Below are positions 8,178-16,541 of a stretch of 64,000 nucleotides of DNA, piece after piece. A program made the position numbers and the translations under genes. This DNA comes from Patescibacteria group bacterium (GTDB taxonomy: Bacteria > Patescibacteriota > Patescibacteriia > UBA1558 > GWA2-36-10): NCBI GenBank assembly GCA_018819405.1, contig JAHJQF010000001.1, positions 449,377 through 513,376 of the forward strand. The letters are read 5' to 3'. Under the pieces are notes generated by a model, which worked only from the letters and a program-made list of their open reading frames with translations, did not search any database and was not told where the DNA came from. Position 1 is the first letter of the stretch, and each line of letters opens with the position of its first letter.

Positions 8178-10253
8178 TTATTCCAGATGAGTTTCGCTTT
8201 TTAGCTCAGCGATTATATTTTGTAGGTTGTTTTGACTAGAATATTTTTTGTTGACCAGCATATCCTGGGCCCATTTTTGGGCCTTTTTGATTAAGTCAGC
8301 ATCAGACAGTTTGGCTATTTTTAATTTTATCAGACCGGTTTGTTTGGTACCAAAGACATCGCCGGCCCCACGTAGCTCTAGATCTAGCTCGGCCAGCTTG
8401 AATCCATCGTTGGTCTTGGTCAAGGCGCTTAGCCTTTTTTTACTGACAGTTGATTCTTGGTCGCTAAATAAAAGACAAAAGCTTTCCAGGTCGTTGCGAC
8501 CTATCCTACCACGAAATTGATGGAGCTGACTGAGGCCAAATCTTTCGGCACTTTCTATAATCATCATAGTGGCATTTGGTATATCAACTCCTACTTCAAT
8601 CACAGAAGTAGCTACTAGTATGGGGAATTTATTATCTTTAAAATCCCTCATTATTTTTTCTTTTTCTGCGCTTTTGAGCTTGCCGTGTAGCATTCGTATT
8701 TCCAAATCAGTAAATATTTTATCGTTTAGTTTTTCATATTCTGCTTTGACAGATTTTGAGCCTAGCTTATCGCTCTCATCAATCAAGGGGCAGATGACAA
8801 AAGCTTGCTGACCTTCGGCTATTTTTTCTTTGATAAATTTGTAAGCGCCCAGTCTTTTTTTCTCTGGCACTACAAAAGTTTTGATCGGTTGCCGGCCGGC
8901 CGGCTTTTCTTTGATAATAGAAATATCTAAATCTCCATAAAGACTGAGAGTCAGAGTACGAGGGATGGGGGTAGCGGTCATAGATAAAAGATGAGGTACT
9001 CTATCATCAGGATTTTTTTCTTTGAGAGTTTTTCTTTGTTTTACTCCAAAGCGATGCTGTTCGTCTATAGTGACTAGGGCTAAATTGCAAAAATTTATTT
9101 TTTCTTGAATAAGGGCATGAGTGCCAATTACAAATTTGACCGTGCCTCTTTTGATTTTGGCTAGAAGTTCTTTTTTACTTATTTCTTTGTCAGCCAGCAG
9201 AGTCTGGGATCTAGTCAGCAGAGCCAGTTGGGTGTGAAATTTTTGAGACAGTATTTTTTTGGCACTCTCAAAGTGCTGGGCAGCCAGTATCTCAGTCGGA
9301 GCCATCAAAGCACTCTGCAAGCCATAGCTGGCGACATTGAGAGCCGACAAAAAGGCCAATACAGTCTTACCAGAGCCTACGTCGCCTTCAATAAGGCGAT
9401 TCATAGGGTGTTTTTGAGCTAAGTCGGATAAGATGTCATACAAGGCTTTTTGTTGATCTACAGTCAGTTTAAAAGGCAGATTTTTGATAGTTTGATTGAC
9501 TGTTTTGTCATTTAAAGGTATGGGGTAGCTAGCCTGTTTTTGGTAGTCTTGTTTGGCTAGTTGGTATTTCATCTGTAGATAGAGGAGCTCCTGGAATTTT
9601 AGTCTTTGACTGGCGTTGTTCAAAGACTTGTCGTCCTTGGGAAAGTGGATTTCTCGGAGAGCATCATAGAGCCAAGGGTATTTTTCTTTGTTGAGTATTT
9701 CAACAGGCAATGGATCATCAATCTCTTTGATGTCTTCTAGAGATTTTTTGATCAAAAAGCGTAGCTGCTTTTGGGATATGTCACCGCTTAGATGATATAT
9801 TGGGACTAGTCGGGCACTATGAATTGGCTCGTCTTTTAGTTTTTCATATGTTGGACTGACGAGTTGCAATAATAAGCCATTTTTTTGAACTTTACCGCTT
9901 AAATATACCCAATCGTCTTTTTTTAATATTTGAGCCACGAATTTTTGGCCAAACCAAACAGCTTTGATATCACCGCTATCATCACTGGCCAGTATTTCAG
10001 TAATTATCATTTTTTTGCGCCAGGAGCGGTAGCTTTTGATGGTTTTTATTTTTACCAGGATCATGGCATTTTGATCAACAGTTAGTTCGGACACTTTGCT
10101 AATTTGGCTCAAGTCTTGATAGCGATAGGGGAAATACCAAAGCAAATCAGAGATATTTTCAACTCCAATTTTTTTGAAGCTACTAGACAACTTGGCTGCT
10201 ATAGCGTGCAGGTTGGAAATATTAGTCTTCAAGTTGATTTTTGCTTTTTCCAT
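8178..10253 (-). CDS. recG: ATP-dependent DNA helicase RecG
   Basis: N-terminal wedge domain, helicase motifs GDVGSGKT, DEQHRFGV, TATPIPRTL, QLHQFRGRIGR. Confidence 0.85.
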   Translation of the reverse strand: MEKAKINLKTNISNLHAIAAKLSSSFKKIGVENISDLLWYFPYRYQDLSQISKVSELTVDQNAMILVKIKTIKSYRSWRKKMIITEILASDDSGDIKAVWFGQKFVAQILKKDDWVYLSGKVQKNGLLLQLVSPTYEKLKDEPIHSARLVPIYHLSGDISQKQLRFLIKKSLEDIKEIDDPLPVEILNKEKYPWLYDALREIHFPKDDKSLNNASQRLKFQELLYLQMKYQLAKQDYQKQASYPIPLNDKTVNQTIKNLPFKLTVDQQKALYDILSDLAQKHPMNRLIEGDVGSGKTVLAFLSALNVASYGLQSALMAPTEILAAQHFESAKKILSQKFHTQLALLTRSQTLLADKEISKKELLAKIKRGTVKFVIGTHALIQEKINFCNLALVTIDEQHRFGVKQRKTLKEKNPDDRVPHLLSMTATPIPRTLTLSLYGDLDISIIKEKPAGRQPIKTFVVPEKKRLGAYKFIKEKIAEGQQAFVICPLIDESDKLGSKSVKAEYEKLNDKIFTDLEIRMLHGKLKSAEKEKIMRDFKDNKFPILVATSVIEVGVDIPNATMMIIESAERFGLSQLHQFRGRIGRNDLESFCLLFSDQESTVSKKRLSALTKTNDGFKLAELDLELRGAGDVFGTKQTGLIKLKIAKLSDADLIKKAQKWAQDMLVNKKYSSQNNLQNIIAELKSETHLE

Positions 10254-10320
10254 GATATTTAGTTTTAATAAGCTGAACTTTGACAGTCCAGCTTATTGGT
10301 AAAAATTTTGTAAAATATTT

Positions 10321-10857
10321 TTATAATTTTAGCAGGCGGGAGATTCCTTCGCTGGCCGGCATTTCTTCTTTTTCTAAATCTTCATCCATATATCTCAGCA
10401 AAAATTCTCTGATCGTGACCGGATCCTGGTCTTCCAGTGGTATGGTTATTCTTTGTTTAAAATTATTTTTGGGCTGCAGATATAGATTGGTTATTTCTGG
10501 AGGATAGTAGATAATATAAAAATTAGCAAATTGTTTCCACTCCATGAATTTATCATTGATCAGTAGACCGTCTTCAGCCAAGGCCACTTGGACATTGATA
10601 GGATCTTTTTTTTCTAAAGACAGATAGACAACAGCAAACACCAGAAGGATGATGGCAAAGAGTAGGTTGTCGCTAAAATAAGAATAGACTAACATTGCCA
10701 GAAAGACCACGGTAAAGCTAATATACCAAACTTTGCTTTTTTCGTGTTTTATATACTCAGAAAATTCCCAAGCCGCCGCTACTTTACCAAAAATGTCTTC
10801 CAAATTTATTTCTTCTGGTTCGGTTGTATTTTGTTGGTTTTTTTCTTTTTTGGTCAT
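10321..10857 (-). CDS. hypothetical membrane protein
   Basis: Two TM helices in middle (VWYISFTVVFLAMLVYSYF, LLFAIILLVFAVVYL); no known motif. Confidence 0.5.
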   Translation of the reverse strand: MTKKEKNQQNTTEPEEINLEDIFGKVAAAWEFSEYIKHEKSKVWYISFTVVFLAMLVYSYFSDNLLFAIILLVFAVVYLSLEKKDPINVQVALAEDGLLINDKFMEWKQFANFYIIYYPPEITNLYLQPKNNFKQRITIPLEDQDPVTIREFLLRYMDEDLEKEEMPASEGISRLLKL

Positions 10858-10904
10858 ATTTTTATCCTATTAGTGATGGTTTTATTATATCATAGTTTAT
10901 TAAA

Positions 10905-10927
10905 TAAAAAAAACACCCAATTGGTGT
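10905..10927 (-). terminator. hairpin + U-run terminator downstream of tRNA-Arg (minus strand)
   Basis: Minus-strand acaccaattgggtgt followed by T8. Confidence 0.5.
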
Positions 10928-10931
10928 ATAT

Positions 10932-11007
10932 TGGTGTCCCCGAGAGGAGTCGAACCTCTGACCTTTTGGACCGCAACCAAACGCTCTATCCACTGAGCTA
11001 CGAGGAC
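10932..11007 (-). tRNA. tRNA-Arg (anticodon read as GCG), CCA encoded
   Basis: Cloverleaf reconstructed by hand: acceptor GTCCTCG/CGGGGAC, D-arm GCTCAGTGGATAGAGC, anticodon loop TTGCGGT, T-arm AGAGGTTCGACTCCTCT, ACCA end. Confidence 0.75.
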
Positions 11008-11015
11008 TAAATTTA

Positions 11016-11065
11016 AACTCATCAGGCTGGAACCGTGTTCCGAATAAGCCCAGTAACAAGATTCT
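11016..11065 (-). repeat. 50-nt conserved element copy 1 (directly 5' of tRNA-Arg)
   Basis: 45/50 identical to 13201-13250; contains hairpin GGAAC-ACG-GTTCC and TGTAGAAT motif (minus-strand reading). Confidence 0.6.
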
Positions 11066-11163
11066 ACAATATTCTGATTAAAAAATCAAGGGAGACTTGT
11101 GGCGCTTGTTTTTTATTAAAAAGTGACATATTATTAATTTAATAATTAAATAATATAAAATAT

Positions 11164-12216
11164 ATGAGATATATAAAGAAATTAGATTTTATATGCAAAA
11201 CATCAGGGAGTCTTTTATTTGTAGTAGTGATAGGGCTAGCCGGTCCAGTCTGGGCAGCGAGCACTGATTATTATATGAAAATTGACGATATTCAAGGTGA
11301 GTCAAAAGAAGCTGAGGAATCTGGTCCTCCAATTTCTGGTATTGATATCAATGGAGAAGATGATCTGGATAGCGATGGGCGCGCCGAAACGCGTATTACT
11401 GGTGTTGAGCCAGATGAGATTGACTATGATAGCTCTCAAGAAACAAATTTTGGTGTGCTTTTAGATAGTGGTAATAGCGGCGAAGATTCAAATGAAACCA
11501 AAGATTCAGGTCAAGATACAACAGTGAGAGTTCAGGAAGAAGGTGTAGCCAATACTGGTATTGAGCCTGATGAGATTGATGTGGCAATTGACAATGAAAC
11601 AAGCGCTGCGGTTGATGTGTTTATCAAAATTCCACCGATTGATGGTGAGAGCGATGAGAAGATGGTAGGGCTTGATGGTTTGTATATTGACTATCGTGAT
11701 GATGATTCAGATGATGACAATTTGGAGGCTGATCACGAAGCCGAGATTACACTCAAGGGACAAGCAGGCGAAGCTAGAACCTCTGTCCAATATCCATATA
11801 AACTTGGTACTCATATTAGGGTAGATGCCAAGTTAGTGCGCGCTTGGGATCAAGAAACAAAAGAGGCTGTTCGTAGCCGTCTAGCTAGTAGGGATGCCAA
11901 AAATGATACTGCTGATATTGGATTGTTTGTAGCCCTTCAAGCACTGGACAATGAGGCCATAACTGATATTAATATTGAAGATGATACAACGGTTGTATCT
12001 TATACTACCAAGCTCTCAGTATTTGGTTTTATCCCTGTAGAAATAAAAGCTGAAGCTAGAGTAGCCAAGGATGGTGAGGTAAAAGTCAAATATCCTTGGT
12101 GGCACTTCTTGGCAAGAAAAAGCTCTGATGATACGTATCGTAATATAGCGACAGAGATTAGTGCCCGCATTGCTATAGAAGAAGAAGGTATTCCAGCGGT
12201 TGATGAAAAAAATTAA
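11164..12216 (+). CDS. secreted highly acidic protein with two Hcp-like KIDxIxGES motifs
   Basis: Signal peptide (LLFVVVIGLAGPVWAAS), Asp/Glu-rich; motifs YMKIDDIQGESKE and VFIKIPPIDGESDEK. Confidence 0.55.
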   Translation: MRYIKKLDFICKTSGSLLFVVVIGLAGPVWAASTDYYMKIDDIQGESKEAEESGPPISGIDINGEDDLDSDGRAETRITGVEPDEIDYDSSQETNFGVLLDSGNSGEDSNETKDSGQDTTVRVQEEGVANTGIEPDEIDVAIDNETSAAVDVFIKIPPIDGESDEKMVGLDGLYIDYRDDDSDDDNLEADHEAEITLKGQAGEARTSVQYPYKLGTHIRVDAKLVRAWDQETKEAVRSRLASRDAKNDTADIGLFVALQALDNEAITDINIEDDTTVVSYTTKLSVFGFIPVEIKAEARVAKDGEVKVKYPWWHFLARKSSDDTYRNIATEISARIAIEEEGIPAVDEKN

Positions 12217-12243
12217 GTAAGTAGAAAACAGACAACTAAAAAA

Positions 12244-12275
12244 CCACCCCGAGTGGCATTGAGGGGTGGTTTTTA
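12244..12275. terminator. bidirectional rho-independent terminator
   Basis: ccacccc-gagtggcattga-ggggtgg flanked by A-run and T-run, between convergent genes. Confidence 0.7.
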
Positions 12276-12282
12276 GTATTTA

Positions 12283-12471
12283 CTAGCTGAGCAATCCTGC
12301 TAGGCGTAGTAAGTAGAGAAATAGTCCGATTGAGACGATAAATATCGCGAAGCCAAGGCTTAAGCCAATCGGAGAGCCCCACTCGTCCCACTTTTGTCTG
12401 CGAGATTTTCGCTCTAGCCAATATCTCTCATCAGCCGTAAGACTAAGTTTGTCGTTTTCTTTTTGATCCAT
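12283..12471 (-). CDS. small membrane protein (start chosen at internal Met of track ORF 12283..12591)
   Basis: MDQKENDK...WGSPIGLSLGFAIFIVSIGLFLYLL one C-terminal TM. Confidence 0.3.
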   Translation of the reverse strand: MDQKENDKLSLTADERYWLERKSRRQKWDEWGSPIGLSLGFAIFIVSIGLFLYLLRLAGLLS

Positions 12472-12657
12472 AAAAAGTATAATAAAAAATTGAATTATAT
12501 TATCCAATCGACCTTTTTGGATAATTTTGGGGCTCTTGATTTTTTTTGATTGGGACTCCTTGGTGTGTCTCAAGAGCAAGACGGAGTACAAACTCCAATA
12601 TTTATATATATTAACTTATTTTTTATTTTACGGCAAATCCTTTGTATTATGGGTTTT

Positions 12658-13038
12658 CTATCCTTCTACTTCCACACTAAAACCTCCGTAGGCCATACGC
12701 TGCATATCAAAAGGCATAGAAAGATCTTTTGCGTCCTTGTATTTTTCGTTCATTTCATCCATCACTTTTTTATTGACTTCGCCGCGATGCTGTTTGGACT
12801 CAAATACAATAAATGAAAACCAGACAGTCTCGTCTGCGTTTGCTTTTGCCAGCGCAGTAAAGGCAAGTGGTTTCATACCGCCTGTTTCTTTGGGCTCAAG
12901 ATCATCACCCTTACATTCATAATATTCAAGGGCACCGTGCTTCATCCACATATCGCGGCCTTCGCTGGCCATCTTGGTATATTCTTGTGTTTTGTCTTTG
13001 GGGACTACGAGCACAAAACCATCTATATATTTTGACAT
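12658..13038 (-). CDS. DUF1428 (YbaA-like) family protein
   Basis: ~126 aa, pattern GFVLVVPKDKxxEY...WMKHGALEYxECxGDDL...FxDMQRMAYGGF matches DUF1428 proteins. Confidence 0.55.
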   Translation of the reverse strand: MSKYIDGFVLVVPKDKTQEYTKMASEGRDMWMKHGALEYYECKGDDLEPKETGGMKPLAFTALAKANADETVWFSFIVFESKQHRGEVNKKVMDEMNEKYKDAKDLSMPFDMQRMAYGGFSVEVEG

Positions 13039-13129
13039 ATTTTTTTATCTTAATGATTAATTAAGTTTATTTTAGCAAATTCTCTATTGAAACGCCAATA
13101 ACTCATTTCTGCGTATTTGTAAATTTAAA

Positions 13130-13153
13130 TCAAAAAACACCCAATTTGGGTGC
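13130..13153 (-). terminator. hairpin + U-run terminator (minus strand)
   Basis: Minus-strand cacccaaattgggtg followed by T6. Confidence 0.5.
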
Positions 13154-13200
13154 TTTATCTAAAGCTCATCGTGCTAGCACGATGTGGCGGGCTACATCGG

Positions 13201-13250
13201 ACTGGAACCGTATTCCGAGTAAGCCCAGTAAGGAGATTCTACAATATTTT
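13201..13250 (-). repeat. 50-nt conserved element copy 2
   Basis: 45/50 identical to copy 1; followed on minus strand by tcgtgctagcacga palindrome and a terminator instead of a tRNA. Confidence 0.6.
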
Positions 13251-13278
13251 TCATTATAAATTAATAGATGCTCGTGCG

Positions 13279-14184
13279 CTATATGTTAATTTTCTTGCTC
13301 AAAAAACTTATATATAGAGATTGCATTTTCTTTAAACCAGACGGTATCAACATCATAAAAGGTTTTAGTAGTTGTGGCAACATAATATTCATAAGGCCAA
13401 GTGAAATAATAACATACATCACTGTTAAAAAAATATTACTAAATATATTTATCATCCACTCTGACTTATAGTTATTAACAAAAAAAATGGAATAGACGAG
13501 CAGATGTATAAAACTGTATATAAAAGCAACTTGTGGCTTTACTTTGTAACCAAATATATCTATTGGTTCTTCTTTTTTAGACTTACCAATAGAAGGATCA
13601 AATACCCCCGCACGAGTTTTAGGATCAATAGGATTCTGAAAAATTTCAAACTTTTGTCCTGATCTTAAACTTTCAATCCATGACAATGTATAAAAAAGAA
13701 ATTTAAAAAATCCTGCAAGTACTATACGAAACCAAAACAATTTTATTCTTAGTGGAAATCCTCTTAATTTTTTAAGGGGTTTCTCATGTAAACTTTCAAG
13801 TTTTACAAGTATGTCATGAGCATCAATAAGCTTGTATATTTTCTTATTTTTTTCAAAAAATTCTCCTGTTTCAAAATTACAAAAAAAATCATCTGATCGC
13901 AAATCAATCCGATCAAATAAGCCCTTGATTCTTTCCCCACTTGATGCAAGTATAATTCCTTCTTCTGTCTTTTTCCCATAACTTACTGACACATAAATTT
14001 GTTTTAAGGGATTTATACTATCTAGTTCTTTTTTAGGGATAGTAATTTTAAACAAAGAGGCATAATCACCTGAATGTTCCTTCATTGTACTAAACCCAAA
14101 AGTACCATCAACATAATCAATAGGTTCATGAAAAGACGAAAACGGCAATTCAAATTTATTTTTAAAACTTACTTTATCTAACAT
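13279..14184 (-). CDS. hypothetical protein with C-terminal TM segments (AT-rich islet)
   Basis: 301 aa, codon usage more AT-rich than neighbours; hydrophobic C-terminus; no motif recognised. Confidence 0.45.
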   Translation of the reverse strand: MLDKVSFKNKFELPFSSFHEPIDYVDGTFGFSTMKEHSGDYASLFKITIPKKELDSINPLKQIYVSVSYGKKTEEGIILASSGERIKGLFDRIDLRSDDFFCNFETGEFFEKNKKIYKLIDAHDILVKLESLHEKPLKKLRGFPLRIKLFWFRIVLAGFFKFLFYTLSWIESLRSGQKFEIFQNPIDPKTRAGVFDPSIGKSKKEEPIDIFGYKVKPQVAFIYSFIHLLVYSIFFVNNYKSEWMINIFSNIFLTVMYVIISLGLMNIMLPQLLKPFMMLIPSGLKKMQSLYISFLSKKINI

Positions 14185-14413
14185 AATTTATATACTTAAT
14201 ATAGTCATATTATCTCAATTATAATTAATGGTCAAACAAAAAAACAGCCCTTAAATATAGGGTGTTTTTTAACATCCTCGTGCTAGCACGAAATTCTTGT
14301 GCCCTTCGACTCACTCACTTCGTTCACTCGCTCAGGACATTCGATAACTTATCAATTTATATACTAAATAAGTGGTCGAAGGCCATGAGCAGAGTTCTGC
14401 AAAGCAGAACGGA

Positions 14414-14511
<98 letters not shown>

Positions 14512-14589
14512 ACATTAATTAGTAGGATAATAAACTAATTGATCTAGCAATTAATCAATTAAGCAATTATACTATTAGCTATTATTTTC

Positions 14590-14677
<88 letters not shown>

Positions 14678-14702
14678 TTATTATAAAACAAATTTGAAAG
14701 TT

Positions 14703-14727
14703 TTTCCCGCCAAAGGCGGGATTGCTG
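14703..14727. terminator. GC hairpin cccgcc-aaag-gcggg between tRNA-Ser and truncated copy
   Basis: Perfect 6-bp GC stem, preceded by T-run on plus strand. Confidence 0.4.
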
Positions 14728-14763
14728 TTTATTCCCAATCGCTACACTCTTGGACAAACAGGG

Positions 14764-14802
14764 AACAAGACCGCCGCATTCGACCACTCTGCTAACTCTT
14801 CT
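14764..14802 (-). pseudogene. truncated tRNA-Ser(TGA) 5' half (acceptor + D-arm + anticodon stem, breaks in anticodon loop)
   Basis: 36/39 identity to positions 14639-14677 of the intact tRNA-Ser; match ends at gtcttg of the anticodon loop. Confidence 0.55.
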
Positions 14803-14944
14803 AGTCAATAATAACTGCTATATAATAATATATTCTATCATTTTTGTAAAGAGTAATTAATTTATTATAAAATATGCATAAAACGTGTCTGGGGCTGGTT
14901 TTGGGAGGGTTTTTTTGCTATAATTAATACATAACTATATTATT

Positions 14945-15475
14945 ATGCAAAAAAAGATTATCCGATTGGCCATTATAACAGTGGTTATATTACTAATCCC
15001 TTTGATTGCCAGTCAATTTACCAAAGATGTAAAGTGGGACTGGTTTGATTTTATTTTGATGGGTATTTTGATATTTGGCACTGGGCTAGCTTATGAATTA
15101 ATATCCAAAAGATCAGATAAGTATGAATACAAAGCGGCTATTGGCATTGGACTATTGGGAGGGTTTTTACTTTTTTGGGTAAATGGAGCAGTTGGTATTA
15201 TTGGTAGTGAGGATGAGTCTATTAATTTGCTATATTTTTTCGTGTTGCTTATTGGACTGATTGGTTCTTTTGTAGTGCGCTTAAAAGCGCGCGGCATGAT
15301 TTATATATTATTGTCTATGGCTGTTCTTCAAATGTTGGTGCCAGTCATTGCTTTGATTGGGAAACAGTTGGACTTTGATCCTAGCGTGTTGGGAGTGTTT
15401 GCTCTTAATGTATTTTTTGCTACGATTTTTGTCCTATCGGCTCTACTTTTTAGGCGGGCTGATTCAAAAAAATAA
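14945..15475 (+). CDS. hypothetical polytopic membrane protein
   Basis: Five or six hydrophobic helices; no motif. Confidence 0.5.
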   Translation: MQKKIIRLAIITVVILLIPLIASQFTKDVKWDWFDFILMGILIFGTGLAYELISKRSDKYEYKAAIGIGLLGGFLLFWVNGAVGIIGSEDESINLLYFFVLLIGLIGSFVVRLKARGMIYILLSMAVLQMLVPVIALIGKQLDFDPSVLGVFALNVFFATIFVLSALLFRRADSKK

Positions 15476-15504
15476 ATAGCTTATAAATATTAAAAATAAA
15501 ATTA

Positions 15505-15681
15505 TGGCAAAAGGCAGCGGAGCAGGGGGTGGAGCAGTCTATGGTCTTGGCTTGATAGGCGCTCTGGTCTACTATATACAAAACGCAGATTCATTTATGG
15601 CCGGCTTTATTGGCATGCTCAAAGCAGTAATCTGGCCAGCGATGCTAGTTTATCACTTGTTGGAATTTTTGCAGATTTAAA
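15505..15681 (+). CDS. small Gly-rich membrane protein (58 aa, below ORF-track cut-off)
   Basis: Hand-translated MAKGSGAGGGAVYGLGLIGALVYYIQNADSFMAGFIGMLKAVIWPAMLVYHLLEFLQI*; AGG-rich RBS region upstream. Confidence 0.3.
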
Positions 15682-15683
15682 TA

Positions 15684-16421
15684 TCAGTTTTTGGCAATCA
15701 CCAGACAACTGATATTTTGCCAGCCATGTGACTTTAGAGTCCTGGCGGCCTGATTGAGTGTTGAGCCAGTAGTGACTACGTCATCTATTAAAAGTATACT
15801 CGGACAGTTTTGGGAAAATCCCAGGGCTGTTTTTGATAGCCTAAAAGCATTATTTACATTTTGCTCTCGGGATTTTTTGTCCAGCTGAGCTTGGGCTTTG
15901 GTGTGTTTTACTCTTTTCAGTAGAGGATAGTATGGCTTGTCTAGGCGCTGGGCTAGTTTTTTAGCTACGAGTTCTGTCTGGTCAAAGCCACGAATTTTTC
16001 TTTTTTTGTTGTGTAGTGGTACGTTGCAAATTATAGTATTATTTGGCAGATTAAGACGGCGGCTTTGTTTTTCTAAAATATCAGTCAAAAGATTGGCCAT
16101 ATGTTCCAGATAGCTATATTTGTATTTTTTGAGAATTTTTTGGACTGTTTTGTTTTGGTACTGACAACAGATATAACAGGCGTCAAAATAAAAATCTGTC
16201 TGGTCGGGCCAGCTGACTTGATTGTCGTATTCTAGTATTATGTCACTCAAACAATAGCCACAGCAAAGACTACCTTCTCGGTGGCAATTTATACAAAATT
16301 GTGGCCAGATAAAATCTAGTAAATTGTTTAGAATTTTTTTTACCCAATTAAAAATTATAGTGAAAATATTTTCCTTTTTTAAAATAGTAAAATTTTGTGA
16401 ATTTCTAACTGGGTTTAGCAT
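15684..16421 (-). CDS. comF: competence protein ComF (phosphoribosyltransferase-domain)
   Basis: N-terminal Cys cluster CINCHREGSLCCGYC, PRTase motif ILLIDDVVTTGSTL. Confidence 0.7.
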   Translation of the reverse strand: MLNPVRNSQNFTILKKENIFTIIFNWVKKILNNLLDFIWPQFCINCHREGSLCCGYCLSDIILEYDNQVSWPDQTDFYFDACYICCQYQNKTVQKILKKYKYSYLEHMANLLTDILEKQSRRLNLPNNTIICNVPLHNKKRKIRGFDQTELVAKKLAQRLDKPYYPLLKRVKHTKAQAQLDKKSREQNVNNAFRLSKTALGFSQNCPSILLIDDVVTTGSTLNQAARTLKSHGWQNISCLVIAKN

Positions 16422-16541
16422 CGCTTTTCTTTATTGTTTGTCATTGCGAGAAGTCACGCCTTGGCGAGACGACGAAGCAATCTATGTTGTTTTAGATTGC
16501 CACGCGCCTCGCTATGCTCGGCGCTCGCAATGACAGAAAAA

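Noticed and set aside
8248-8811. Plus-strand ORFs 8248..8520 and 8569..8811 inside recG
   Set aside because: Antisense to a well-supported helicase gene, low-complexity Ser/Leu-rich translations typical of spurious antisense frames
10744-11059. ORFs 10744..11010 (+) and 10862..11059 (-) overlapping tRNA-Arg
   Set aside because: Overlap a clear tRNA and its flanking repeat; translations low complexity
16340-16378. aattgggtaaaaaaaatt inside the annotated N-terminus of comF, possibly indicating a downstream ATT start
   Set aside because: Would require AUU initiation without other evidence; kept the track start
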